Of a DNA stretch of 64,000 nucleotides, positions 10,361-19,290 are shown piece by piece. Position numbers and translations under genes: made by a program. The notes under the pieces are model-generated. The model saw only the letters and a program-made list of their open reading frames with translations. It made no database searches and was not told where the DNA came from. Origin of the DNA: an uncultured Phycisphaerales bacterium (GTDB lineage Bacteria; Planctomycetota; Phycisphaerae; Tepidisphaerales; Tepidisphaeraceae); contig CAVWLP010000002.1 in the NCBI GenBank assembly GCA_963755915.1, positions 4,800,001-4,864,000 of the forward strand, read 5' to 3'. Numbering within the stretch: position 1 is the stretch's first letter; each line of letters begins with the position of its first letter.

Positions 10361-11281
10361 TTATCCGACCCACACTGCCGCATAACCAACCGCATTGTCC
10401 GGAGATTGCGGCGCTACACTTGCCAGCGTCTGATAACTATTCGTGTGGCGAAGAAGGACCGCCCTTCGGGCTCCCTGGTCCAAACAGGCCGCCATCATAG
10501 CGGCGATCGCGCCCGCGCCGCATGCGTTGTTGTTTAATCTCACCTCAGGCACCACTTTTTCCGGCCGCATATCCGTTACAACCCGCAAAATCCGGCCGTC
10601 GTTTTCCATCGCCCACGCCATCGCCTGCTGACCGACCCCCGCCGGCGCGAATCGATAGTTCGGACCGTAGTGCGTCAGATCGCTGCTCGCCAAATAGACC
10701 GCCGTTATCCCCGCCCTCTTCACCGCCCGCGCCACGCTCCGCCCCACCTCCAGCGCCGATTCAACCGCCGGCACCTCCACCGGCAAAATCTTCGCCCCGG
10801 GCCAGGCCCCCTGAATCAGCGGCAGCTCCACCTCGACCGCGTGCTCCCTCACATGAAACCGATCATCCACGAAAAATCTCCCCGATTCCCCCGTTAATTC
10901 CCGCCTCATCTCCTCCGTCACCCCGCTCTCCCCTCCCGGCACGGCCCATCGCGCATGCGAATCAAACACAGCGCGATCCACCGGAATCGGAGTATGAATC
11001 GCCCCAAACACCACCACCACATCCACGTTCGGTCGCCCCTTCGCCAGCGCCAAAATCCCCTCCGCCGCCACCGCCCCGCTGCATATCCAGCCCGCATGCG
11101 GCACAACGGCGCCGATGCCAACGTCCGCCCCAATCCCCGCCGAACTCTTCTCCAGCCCCGCCCGCCCCAACCGAAACAGCTCTTCCGTCGCCCGCCGGCA
11201 AACCGAAGAATCCGCCGGATAAAACATTCCCGCCACCCCGGGATGTCTCACGCCTCCCGCTTCATGACTTGGCCCCGACAT
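10361..11281 (-). CDS. amrB: AmmeMemoRadiSam system protein B (MEMO1 family)
   Basis: R.P.VAG.FYP, VVPHAGW, EHAVEVELP, ASSDLTHYG, NACG, VGYAA. Confidence 0.9.
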   Translation of the reverse strand: MSGPSHEAGGVRHPGVAGMFYPADSSVCRRATEELFRLGRAGLEKSSAGIGADVGIGAVVPHAGWICSGAVAAEGILALAKGRPNVDVVVVFGAIHTPIPVDRAVFDSHARWAVPGGESGVTEEMRRELTGESGRFFVDDRFHVREHAVEVELPLIQGAWPGAKILPVEVPAVESALEVGRSVARAVKRAGITAVYLASSDLTHYGPNYRFAPAGVGQQAMAWAMENDGRILRVVTDMRPEKVVPEVRLNNNACGAGAIAAMMAACLDQGARRAVLLRHTNSYQTLASVAPQSPDNAVGYAAVWVG

Positions 11282-11354
11282 CCACGGTATTATAATTCCA
11301 GCCCTAGCGCGGTTGATAACGCACTAACTTTTGGCGACACCCTCCAGGGCTGAA

Positions 11355-11957
11355 ATGACTCAAATGACCCAGCCGTCGGACCCCAACAACCCCTCCCCCA
11401 CGTCCGACAACTCAACAAACTCCCCCTCTTCCCAACCGCAGCCAACAACTCGCCGCGCAGCCACGCCACTCGAAGCCCCCCTCATCCCCGTCCCCGACAA
11501 AAATTTTCGTCCCCCTCCTCCCAGCGCCGGCCTGACTCCCAAACCCTCCTCCGCTCCCGCGCCGCGCATGCGCCCTTCCGCCCCGCGCACCAGCCCCGAA
11601 GATTTGCGCGCTCAATCCCCCGCCGAACCTCCCGCCACTGCCGCCGACGAAATCGCCGGCATGTACGCCGGCGGCCAGGCCGCCTTTGTCTCCCCCGCGC
11701 CTCACCCCGCCTCCCATCACACGCCGCTCCACGACGATCCCCTTTTCCTCCGCAAAACCCTGATCCCCATTCTCCTTACTCTCACAGTCATCCTCGCCGG
11801 CTTCGGCGCGCTCCTGATTCTGACCGGCCCCGACAACGCCCTCCCCGATCTCTTCCCCACCTGGATGCCCTTGGCTCTCTTCGTTCTTGCGATAATGTTT
11901 CTTATCCTCGCCGCCATCAACATCTGGTCGATCAAAAAACAATCGCCGCGTCCTTGA
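11355..11957 (+). CDS. Pro-rich hypothetical protein with two C-terminal TM helices
   Basis: Low-complexity N-terminus, then LRKTLIPILLT and a second hydrophobic helix. Confidence 0.65.
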   Translation: MTQMTQPSDPNNPSPTSDNSTNSPSSQPQPTTRRAATPLEAPLIPVPDKNFRPPPPSAGLTPKPSSAPAPRMRPSAPRTSPEDLRAQSPAEPPATAADEIAGMYAGGQAAFVSPAPHPASHHTPLHDDPLFLRKTLIPILLTLTVILAGFGALLILTGPDNALPDLFPTWMPLALFVLAIMFLILAAINIWSIKKQSPRP

Positions 11958-12107
11958 TTTGCTAGCAACTCGCAACTCGCACCAACACGCCGGCATCCTT
12001 CCCAACGGCCTCCAGCCTTTGCGGAGTACCGCTCCTCGCCTCCGGCCTTCGAACGGCCTCCGGCCTAAGTTTCGCGGTGTACCGCCCGACGGCCTCCGGC
12101 CGTCGAA

Positions 12108-12136
12108 TTGACTCCCCCCACCCCCACTTCTATTAT
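12108..12136 (+). promoter_or_regulatory. Sigma70-type promoter of trxA
   Basis: TTGACT-16 nt-TATTAT, followed by SD GAGGAG. Confidence 0.6.
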
Positions 12137-12163
12137 CCCCCAAGGATTAATTGAGGAGCATAC

Positions 12164-12493
12164 ATGGCAGGGAATAACGTCGTTCAGATCACGGACGCCA
12201 ACTTCGAACAGGAAGTCGTCAAATCCACCACCCCGGTTCTCGTCGATTTCTGGGCCGAATGGTGCGGCCCCTGCCGTCGTCTTGCCCCCACGATTGAAAA
12301 GCTGGCCGCCGACTACGCCGGCAAAGTCAAGGTCGGCAAGCTCGACACCGACTCCAACCACGGCACCGCCAGCAAGTTCGGCATCAGCTCGATTCCCACC
12401 GTCATCCTCTTTAAAGGCGGCCAGATCGCCCAGAAACTCGTAGGCCTCCGCCCCGAAAAAGATTTCCGCGACGCCCTTGATGCATCGCTGTAG
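12164..12493 (+). CDS. trxA: Thioredoxin
   Basis: VLVDFWAEWCGPC active site; 109 aa. Confidence 0.97.
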   Translation: MAGNNVVQITDANFEQEVVKSTTPVLVDFWAEWCGPCRRLAPTIEKLAADYAGKVKVGKLDTDSNHGTASKFGISSIPTVILFKGGQIAQKLVGLRPEKDFRDALDASL

Positions 12494-12548
12494 TTCGCCG
12501 CGATCGGAACGTCGGGCTTGCGCGAATTTTTGATTCTGCCCCCTTCAG

Positions 12549-12646
12549 TACAAAAGGTTACAGTCCGGAACAAGATGGGCGGATTAGGGAGGATGGGGTA
12601 CGGGTTTTCGTGATATCATTGATATCAAAGATATCAATGATATCAG
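12549..12646. repeat. Dispersed repeat TACAAAA..TTACAG.CCG.AACAAG.TGGGC plus GATATC 9-mer tail (copy 1)
   Basis: Matches 49701-49788 and 60949-60980. Confidence 0.75.
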
Positions 12647-12651
12647 GGACC

Positions 12652-12710
12652 AAACTCGAAGCTCGAAATCCGATTGACGAATCAAACTCGAAATTCGAAT
12701 TTTCGAATGT
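12652..12710. repeat. Heptamer-based dispersed repeat
   Basis: Close to the reverse complement of 5229-5294 (core GACGAATCAAAYTCGAAATTCGAAT). Confidence 0.75.
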
Positions 12711-13183
12711 CTTCAGCGAGGTTCTATGTGATGCGACGGTTGGACCGCTTTGGACTGTTGCTCTTCGGCCCAAAGCTATCCCTCCCCATCCATCATCTTC
12801 AGAACCGACTTAAGTGACGGCTCTCTTTTCCAGATTGCTTCCCGAAGGACTGGAACCACTACAGGCGCATCATAGATTCCGTGGCGAAAAGCCTTTTGAT
12901 CAACGGAATTGTATCTCCATTCGACAAAGGCATCCTTGCATCTATCCAAAACGTCAAGAGCTTTTTGGATGTGCATTCCGACCTTGTTGTTTCCCGACGC
13001 TACGAATTCGCTCTCTATACCCGCTTGTATGGAGGGGTCCAGACCAGAAAACAATATGCTTAGCTCTGTCATGGGGCGCGCAAAACCGGCCAATTGAGGC
13101 GGCGCCAAAACCGGCCATTTTGAGGCACAGGAGATTGGGTTATCGACCTTGGCTTTCGGCGGTTGCCGCAAGCCAATGGTGGG

Positions 13184-14867
13184 ATGGCCAATCAACTCAA
13201 GATGGCGGAAGTACAAGCAATTTTGGCACTTGCGCAGCGGCTGGTCCAATCGGAACATCGCCCGCCAACTCGGCGTTCACCGGGAGACCGTTGGACGCCA
13301 CATCCGGTTGTCGGGCGGCGATCCTGCGGCGCCCGGATCGGATTCAAAACCGGCCAGCGCGCCCCTCGGCTCGACGGTGCTCGCCGCAGGCGGCTCGACG
13401 GTGCTCGCCGCAGGCGGCTCGACGGTGCTCGCCGCAGGCGGCTCGACGGTGCTCGCCGCAGGCGGCTCGACGGTGCTCGCCGCAGGCGGCTCGGAGAGCG
13501 CGCCCACCGGGTTATCCGGCGCGCCATCGGGTCGGTCAGTACGGCATCGCCCTGGCGTGAGGTCATTGTTCAGAAGTTGGAAGCCGGGCTGACGGCCCAG
13601 CGGATTTATCAAGACATCTCCAGCGATCACGGCTATGCCGGCAGCTATTACAGCGTGCGCCGGATGGAATGCGAGCCGGGAGCCGAGGCGCAGGTGGACT
13701 TCGGCCGGGGTGCGCCCTGGTCGGTCCTGACGGCAAACGCAAAGCAACCTGGGTCTTCCGCATTGTGCTGAGCCACAGCCGCAAGGGGTACGCCGAGGCG
13801 GTGGAGCGGCAGACGACCGATGATTTTCTGCGTTGTCTGGAAAATGCCTTTACGCACTTCGGCGGGATGCCGTCAGCGCTGGTGATCGACAATCTTCGCG
13901 CGGCGGTGACGCGGGCGGACTGGTTCGAGGCGGAGTTGTGTCCCAAGGTCCGGTCGTTCGCCGAACATTATGGAATCGCCATTCTGCCCACCAAGCCGTA
14001 CACGCCGCGGCACAAGGGGAAGATCGAGCGGGGCATCGGCTATGTGAAGAGCAATGCTCTCAAAGGCCGGCAATTCGCCTCGCTCTCGGATCAGAACGCG
14101 CATCTGCTGACGTGGGAGAAGAGCGTGGCCGACACGCGCATCCACGGCACGACGCGGCGGCAGGTGAAGGAAGTCTTCGAGCAGGTAGAGAAGCCGGCAC
14201 TGTTGGCTCTGCCGCCGGTGCGATTCGATCTTTTCACCGAGGCGTTGCGCAGTGTTCACCGCGACGGGCACGTGGAGATCAAGGGGGCGTACTATTCGGT
14301 CCCGCCGGAGTTTTTGGGCCAGCGGGTCTGGGCGCGGTGGGACGGGCGCACGGTCCGGCTGTTCGATCAGAAGATGCGTGCGATCGCTCTGCACGCGCAG
14401 CGTCCGCCGGGCAGGTTCTCGACGCAAGACGCCCATATCCTGCCGGAGAAGATCAGCGGCATCGAGCGTGGAACGACCTGGCTTCTCCAGCGGATCGAAT
14501 GCATCGGGCCGCACGCCACGCAGTGGCGCAGTCAATGCTTCAGCATCGCGGCATCGAAGGCGTGCGCGTGTTGATGGGGCTGCTGTCGCTGGCCAATCAG
14601 CAGCCGCGACCGGCCGTGGAACGAGCCTGCGAGATTGCTCTGGGGCATGGCGCGTATCACCTGCGCTCCCTGCGGCAGCTCATCGAACACCAAAACGGCG
14701 CACCGGTTCAACAACACTTCGAGTTTGTTCAGGAACATCCAATCATCCGCGGACTGGCCGATTACGGACAGTTCGTACGCGACGCAATCACCCAAGCGGA
14801 GGCTTTGCCTGCCGCACAACCTTTACAGGCCTGCCCTGAGCAGAGCCGAAGGGAGTCCACCCCATGA
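13184..14867 (+). CDS. istA: IS21 transposase IstA (several frameshifts)
   Basis: HTH (IARQLGVHRETV), EAQVDFG, FGGMP..LVIDNLRAAV, PRHKGKIER. Confidence 0.9.
13368..13487 (+). repeat. Five perfect 24-bp tandem repeats in the istA linker
   Basis: GGCTCGACGGTGCTCGCCGCAGGC x5, encoding GSTVLAAG. Confidence 0.95.
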
Positions 14868-15754
14868 GACCTTCGTTGATGCAGACGCTCAAGCAACTTC
14901 GGCTTTCAGGTCTGGCGAGCAGCCTTGAAGTTCGCCTGAGCGAGGCGGCCGGCAATCGGCTCGACCACAGTGAGTTTTTGGAACTGATCCTTCAGGATGA
15001 ACTGAACGTCCGATCCAGCCGGCAGATCGGCCGGCACGTCAAGGCGGCGATGTTCCGCGACACCAAAAACCTCGACGAGTTCGACTTCTCCTTCAACACC
15101 TCCATCAAACGCAAACAGATTCACGATCTGGCCGCCGGCCAGTTCATTCGTGACAAACGTGACGTGCTCTTGCTGGGTCCGCCCGGCGTGGGCAAATCGT
15201 TTTTGGCCCAGGCCATCGGACACCAGGCGATCAAGAGCGGCTTGGTGGTCCTGTACCGATCCATCTTCGACCTGGCCCGCGACTTTTTAGGCGACGAGGA
15301 TCTGGGAGCCCAGGACAAGACGCTGGCCCGGTATCTCAAGCCTGATCTGCTTATCATCGACGACATGGGAATGAAGCAGCTTCCGCGGCGCAGCGGCGAA
15401 TGCCTGCTGGAGATCGTCATGCGCCGGCACGAGAACCGCTCGACGATGATGACCAGCAACCGTCCACTGGAGGACTGGGCCAAGCTGATCGGCGACGTGC
15501 CGGCGGCCACGGCCATTCTGGATCGGTTCCTGCAGCACGCCACGATCATCAACATCACCGGCAAGAGCTACCGCCTTCGGCATGGGGGCCATTCGACTTC
15601 GCTCACGGCAGGCCAATCCGGGACACCGGAAAAGACAAATCCAAAAGGACGGCGGAGTACCGCCGGCGATGAAGGGTGCTCCCCCCCGGAAGACACCGTG
15701 ACAGAGCCGCCGTTGTCTTCTGATGTGGGGGTATCCGCCGGCCAGACGGCGTGA
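14864..15754 (+). CDS. istB: IS21 helper ATPase IstB
   Basis: Walker A GPPGVGKS, Walker B LLIIDDMG, TSNRP, AILDR, ITGKSYR. Confidence 0.95.
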   Translation: MRPSLMQTLKQLRLSGLASSLEVRLSEAAGNRLDHSEFLELILQDELNVRSSRQIGRHVKAAMFRDTKNLDEFDFSFNTSIKRKQIHDLAAGQFIRDKRDVLLLGPPGVGKSFLAQAIGHQAIKSGLVVLYRSIFDLARDFLGDEDLGAQDKTLARYLKPDLLIIDDMGMKQLPRRSGECLLEIVMRRHENRSTMMTSNRPLEDWAKLIGDVPAATAILDRFLQHATIINITGKSYRLRHGGHSTSLTAGQSGTPEKTNPKGRRSTAGDEGCSPPEDTVTEPPLSSDVGVSAGQTA

Positions 15755-16360
15755 ACGGGGACCAATAACTCAAGGAACAGTTGCGTCGGATAGAACGGAT
15801 GCGGTATAGAATACGTCAGCACATTGGCCGGTTTTGAAGCGCCCCGCCCTGGCTGGTTTTGGCGCACCCCGTGACAGCTCGTGGCCGGTGGACTTTTTGT
15901 TGTCGATTCGCAATAAGCATTTCAGGAAAAATTCGACGGCAAGTGCGTGATTTACGACTAACGGTATTCTCACGTCAAAATCGCTCGGAAGGATAAGCCA
16001 ATCCTTCGGGGTGCTTTCAACGTAAATTTTGTGAAGTACGGTGGCAACAACGTCGAATCTTCTGGCCTGAGAGTAAAGTTCGGTCACGGTAACCCGTTTT
16101 TTAAATCGGGGTTCTGTTGGAGCAGCAGAAACGCGCGTCTGTGGTTTTTTCGCACTCATGCCCTCCTATTACACCAATCAAAATATGAGCTGGAAAGTAT
16201 ATTGGTGCCTAATATTAAGGGTCGTTTCCCCTTCCTCCCCTCGTTCCAAGGGAAAAGCACTACATCGGAGCGCGAGCTTCTTTGGCTACGACAGTTGAAA
16301 TCGCATCGGCTTGGTACGCAAACTAGCTCCGTTAAACTGTAGACGAAATTATGAGGGGAC

Positions 16361-16390
16361 GACGTAGCTATTTTTAAAAACAGCTACGTC
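16361..16390. terminator. Hairpin at the 3' end of peptide 2 gene (possible terminator or processing site)
   Basis: GACGTAGCT / AGCTACGTC arms around an AT-rich palindromic loop. Confidence 0.45.
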
Positions 16391-16568
16391 CCCTTTGTCT
16401 CCCGACCTCTCTACGAGCCCTTGCCTTTTTGTCCGACTGGGGTGCCGAAGGTGGGGACTGCCCGGACGGCGCTACGTTGGGCTTAGTGGTGGTTGGCGGC
16501 GGCTTGACCGCAGAAAAATTGCCGCCTTTCGCCCCTTGGCCCGCCTGCTGTTTGGAGTTCTGCGACAT
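16374..16568 (-). CDS. Small Pro/Gln/Lys-rich peptide 2 (64 aa)
   Basis: SD AAGGA; starts 2 nt after the stop of peptide 1; shares the KGG..VKP..TT.KPN motif with peptide 1. Confidence 0.65.
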   Translation of the reverse strand: MSQNSKQQAGQGAKGGNFSAVKPPPTTTKPNVAPSGQSPPSAPQSDKKARARREVGRQRGRSCF

Positions 16569-16570
16569 GG

Positions 16571-16744
16571 CTAGTTCCTTTGCTGGCCGCCTCCGCTATT
16601 CTGTTGAGGCGGCGCGCTGTTGTTGGTTGGCGGTTTTTGTGAAGGCACTCCTATATTAGGCTTTTGGGTCGTCGCCTCCGGCTTCACTCCGCCCTTCTTT
16701 TCCATTCCCTCCCCTATGATTCGCTGTGTCGTTTTGTTCAACAT
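16571..16744 (-). CDS. Small Pro/Gln/Lys-rich peptide 1 (57 aa)
   Basis: Strong SD AAGGAG; MLNKTTQRIIGEGMEKKGGVKPEATTQKPNIGVPSQKPP...; overlaps the 3' end of the upstream gene. Confidence 0.65.
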   Translation of the reverse strand: MLNKTTQRIIGEGMEKKGGVKPEATTQKPNIGVPSQKPPTNNSAPPQQNSGGGQQRN

Positions 16745-17444
16745 TTTTCGACTCCTTTGGTAGATCTGGTATCTCAATACTCAACTCGTCGGTCTGCCGT
16801 GAAACGTAAAGCACCTTGGCATTGTACAGCGGCTTACTGGTGTCGGAATTAGAATACACCGAGACATTGGTCAGCACCAATTCTCGCGGCCTCTGGCTTT
16901 CAGAGTACATCGCGGGGTGGCCGAAATAAATTAGATCCAGCTTGTGGTCTCGGACAAATATCCATTCGTCCGTGATTGCATCGTTAAATATGTCTTCCCA
17001 TAGATCCTCGTCCCCGTGCCGACAGGATACACCTATGCGTCGCGCGAAGCGATTCAGCCATTTCTTGTTGTGAACAAGCGAAGCGAAGAGCGCGAGCAAA
17101 ATCCCAATGATACAGGACGGTGCCACTGCAATAGGCATCAATTTGAGCCATTCTGGAGAAGCCTTTTCGTCAAACAGGGCTGTCGTCAGCGATCCCAGAA
17201 GCTGGCCCGCTAGGCCAACGGAGCCGCCGGCACTTGTGCTGTTACAGTGTGCCTCGATTTTTGCCCAGGAGACCGTTACGAAAATCCAAAGGGTGTAGCT
17301 GATGACTGAAAAAAACAGGACCTCGAAAAACGTCTCCCATGCCTCCTTAGGTCGTCGACCTCGCAGCTTACGATAGATTTGCGCCGCAATTAGGCCCGGA
17401 AGTGCAATGAAAGCTATTCGAATCGCTGCGATGCTGATGTCCAT
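16656..17444 (-). CDS. DUF6338-like membrane protein
   Basis: N-terminal LPG motif, three TM segments, then a soluble domain DLW..IF...WIFVRD...IYFG...YS...RELVL.NV. Lower GC. Family assigned by recognition, not by search. Confidence 0.7.
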   Translation of the reverse strand: MDISIAAIRIAFIALPGLIAAQIYRKLRGRRPKEAWETFFEVLFFSVISYTLWIFVTVSWAKIEAHCNSTSAGGSVGLAGQLLGSLTTALFDEKASPEWLKLMPIAVAPSCIIGILLALFASLVHNKKWLNRFARRIGVSCRHGDEDLWEDIFNDAITDEWIFVRDHKLDLIYFGHPAMYSESQRPRELVLTNVSVYSNSDTSKPLYNAKVLYVSRQTDELSIEIPDLPKESKNVEQNDTANHRGGNGKEGRSEAGGDDPKA

Positions 17445-17491
17445 GAGTGCCCTTCAATCGTCTCGAATTACTCGCGCGCTTTCAACTTTCT

Positions 17492-19090
17492 TCAATCTTG
17501 TTTCTGGGTCTCCTCCTCACAATGCATCAAATGGCACTCATACGCATCCACCAGTGCCTGCCAGCTCGCGTCGATGATGTTCCCGCTGACTCCGATTGTG
17601 CCGAATGTTTCGCTCGTGCCATCTCCCCGCTGCCGGCGGCAGTCGATGATCACCCGCACCTGCGCGGCCGTCTCATCACGCGAGTTGATGACCCTCACCT
17701 TGTAATCCGTCAGATGCACCCGCGCGATCTGCGGATAGTGCCCACCCAGGCTCGTCCGCAGGGCGTTGTCCAGCGCGTTCACGGGGCCGTCGCCTTCGGC
17801 GACGTGATGCTCCGCCTTTCCGTTCACGTGGATCTTTACCGTCGCTTCTGATGTGGGCTCCTTGCCGTCGTGCTTCAGGATCGTCACCCGGTAATGGTCA
17901 AGGTCGAAGAATTTGCGGTACTGGCCGATCTCCTTGCGAACGAGCAGTTCAAAGCTTCCCTCGGCCGCCTCGAAGTGGTAGCCGGCGTTTTCCATGTCCT
18001 GGACTTTTTGCAGGAGCCGCCGCTGAACTGCCTTGTCGCTCTCCAAGTCGAACTTGCTGCCGATCTTGGCCGAGATATTGCTCGCCCCCGAAAGCTCGCT
18101 GATGAGTATTTTGCGGGTATTGCCCACCGTTTCCGGCGAGACGTGCTCATACGTGGCCGTGTTCTTCTGCACCGCATGCACGTGCATTCCGCCCTTGTGG
18201 GCAAACGCGCTCGCCCCCACATACGGCTGCCCCGCGCTGGGATTCAGATTGGCGACCTCATATACAAACCGGCTCACCTCCGTCAGCCGCTGAAGCGAAC
18301 CGGGACGCAGGCAGTCGAATTTATATTTAAGCTGGAGGTTCGCGATCAGCGAAATGAGGTCCATATTTCCGCAGCGTTCGCCGACGCCGTTGATCGTCCC
18401 CTGCGCGTGCTCCGCCCCGGCGGCAATCGCCGCCTGGGCGTTGGCCACCGCCAGAGCGGCGTCGTTGTGGGTGTGGATGCCGATCCGCGCCGAGGTCTGT
18501 TTCTTTACATCCGCGACGACCTGCTGGACGAATTCCGGCAGAGTGCCGCCGTTGGTGTCGCATAGGGCCAGCACCGACGCGCCCGCCTCCTGGGCCGCGC
18601 GCAGGGTGCGCAGGGCGTATTCGCGGTTCTGGGCAAACCCATCGAAGAAATGTTCCGCGTCATAGACCACCTGCCGGCCGGCTGAGCGGAGCAGACGGAT
18701 CGTATCCGCGATCATCGCCAGGTTTTCCTCCAGCGAAACCTGCAAGACATTCTCAACCTGCGACTGGATCGTCTTGCCCACGATGGTGATGACCGGCGTC
18801 TGCGCCTCCAGCAGCGCCTTCATTCCCGGATCGTCCTCGGCCTTCATCCCGCGCCGGCGGGTCATGCCAAAGGCCGAGACCTTCGCGGTCTTCAGTCCCA
18901 GGCTCCCGACTTCGCGGAAGAAGGCGGCGTCCTTGGGATTGGAAAGCGGGAATCCTCCCTCGATATAGTCGACGCCAAGGAAATCGAGCTTCTGCGCGAT
19001 CTGCAGCTTGTCCTGAAGCGAGAGGTTAAATCCTTCCCCCTGGGTTCCATCGCGAAGCGTGGTGTCGTAGATTTCGATTCGTCGCGGCAT
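17492..19090 (-). CDS. cimA: Citramalate synthase
   Basis: IYDTTLRDGTQGEG, YIEGGFPLSNPKD, YDAEHFFDG, GERCGN, AFAHKGGMH, DGPVNALD..LR, NIIDASWQALVD. Confidence 0.92.
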   Translation of the reverse strand: MPRRIEIYDTTLRDGTQGEGFNLSLQDKLQIAQKLDFLGVDYIEGGFPLSNPKDAAFFREVGSLGLKTAKVSAFGMTRRRGMKAEDDPGMKALLEAQTPVITIVGKTIQSQVENVLQVSLEENLAMIADTIRLLRSAGRQVVYDAEHFFDGFAQNREYALRTLRAAQEAGASVLALCDTNGGTLPEFVQQVVADVKKQTSARIGIHTHNDAALAVANAQAAIAAGAEHAQGTINGVGERCGNMDLISLIANLQLKYKFDCLRPGSLQRLTEVSRFVYEVANLNPSAGQPYVGASAFAHKGGMHVHAVQKNTATYEHVSPETVGNTRKILISELSGASNISAKIGSKFDLESDKAVQRRLLQKVQDMENAGYHFEAAEGSFELLVRKEIGQYRKFFDLDHYRVTILKHDGKEPTSEATVKIHVNGKAEHHVAEGDGPVNALDNALRTSLGGHYPQIARVHLTDYKVRVINSRDETAAQVRVIIDCRRQRGDGTSETFGTIGVSGNIIDASWQALVDAYECHLMHCEEETQKQD

Positions 19091-19114
19091 AAGGTTTCTC
19101 AAGATAACTTCATC

Positions 19115-19146
19115 AAATAAAAAAGCCCCGCCATCGGGCAGGGCTT
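19115..19146 (-). terminator. Attenuator terminator upstream of cimA
   Basis: AAGCCCTGCC-CGAT-GGCGGGGCTT followed by TTTTATTT, 24 nt before the cimA ATG. Confidence 0.85.
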
Positions 19147-19174
19147 CAATTTCCGTTTGGATGAAAGATCAGCC

Positions 19175-19234
19175 CTACCCGAGTTTTCGCGGGGTAATAA
19201 TGATCGGGCCGGTCATGTTGCGGGCAAACGACAT
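19175..19234 (-). CDS. cimA leader peptide MSFARNMTGPIIITPRKLG (or from the second Met at 19216)
   Basis: ATC-ATT-ATT Ile triplet; the stop region CGGGTAGGGCT is complementary to the terminator 5' arm. Confidence 0.8.
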   Translation of the reverse strand: MSFARNMTGPIIITPRKLG

Positions 19235-19241
19235 TGCTGTG

Positions 19242-19269
19242 ATTGTATCGGAGAATTGGCGGGGGTCAA
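19242..19269 (-). promoter_or_regulatory. Sigma70-type promoter of the cimA leader
   Basis: TTGACC-16 nt-TACAAT, 7 nt before the leader ATG. Confidence 0.65.
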
Positions 19270-19290
19270 TGAGCTAACTTTGACGCGTTG

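Larger units (their letters stand above)
13067..15876 (+). mobile_element. IS21-family insertion sequence, 2810 bp
   Basis: TG...CA ends; IRL TGTCATGGGGCGCGCAAAACCGGCC and IRR (reverse complement) TGTCACGGGGTGCGCCAAAACCAGCC; repeated CAAAACCRGCCA subterminal boxes; 4-bp TSD GCTC (13063-66 and 15877-80); istA-istB pair. Confidence 0.95.
12776..16159 (-). pseudogene. HEPN-like protein (189 aa reconstructed) interrupted by an IS21 element
   Basis: 5' half 16159-15877 (NHALAVEFFLKCLL..TGHE) and 3' half 13062-12776 (LSILFSGL..DAFVEWRY) join in frame after removing the IS and one GCTC copy. Confidence 0.8.

Noticed and set aside
11990-12105. Repeated CGGCCTCCGGCC motifs upstream of trxA
   Set aside because: Short, GC-rich and irregularly spaced; cannot be distinguished from chance or a simple hairpin region.
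13368-13487. 24-bp direct repeats as a CRISPR array
   Set aside because: Contiguous tandem copies with no spacers, in frame inside istA, and no cas genes in the window.
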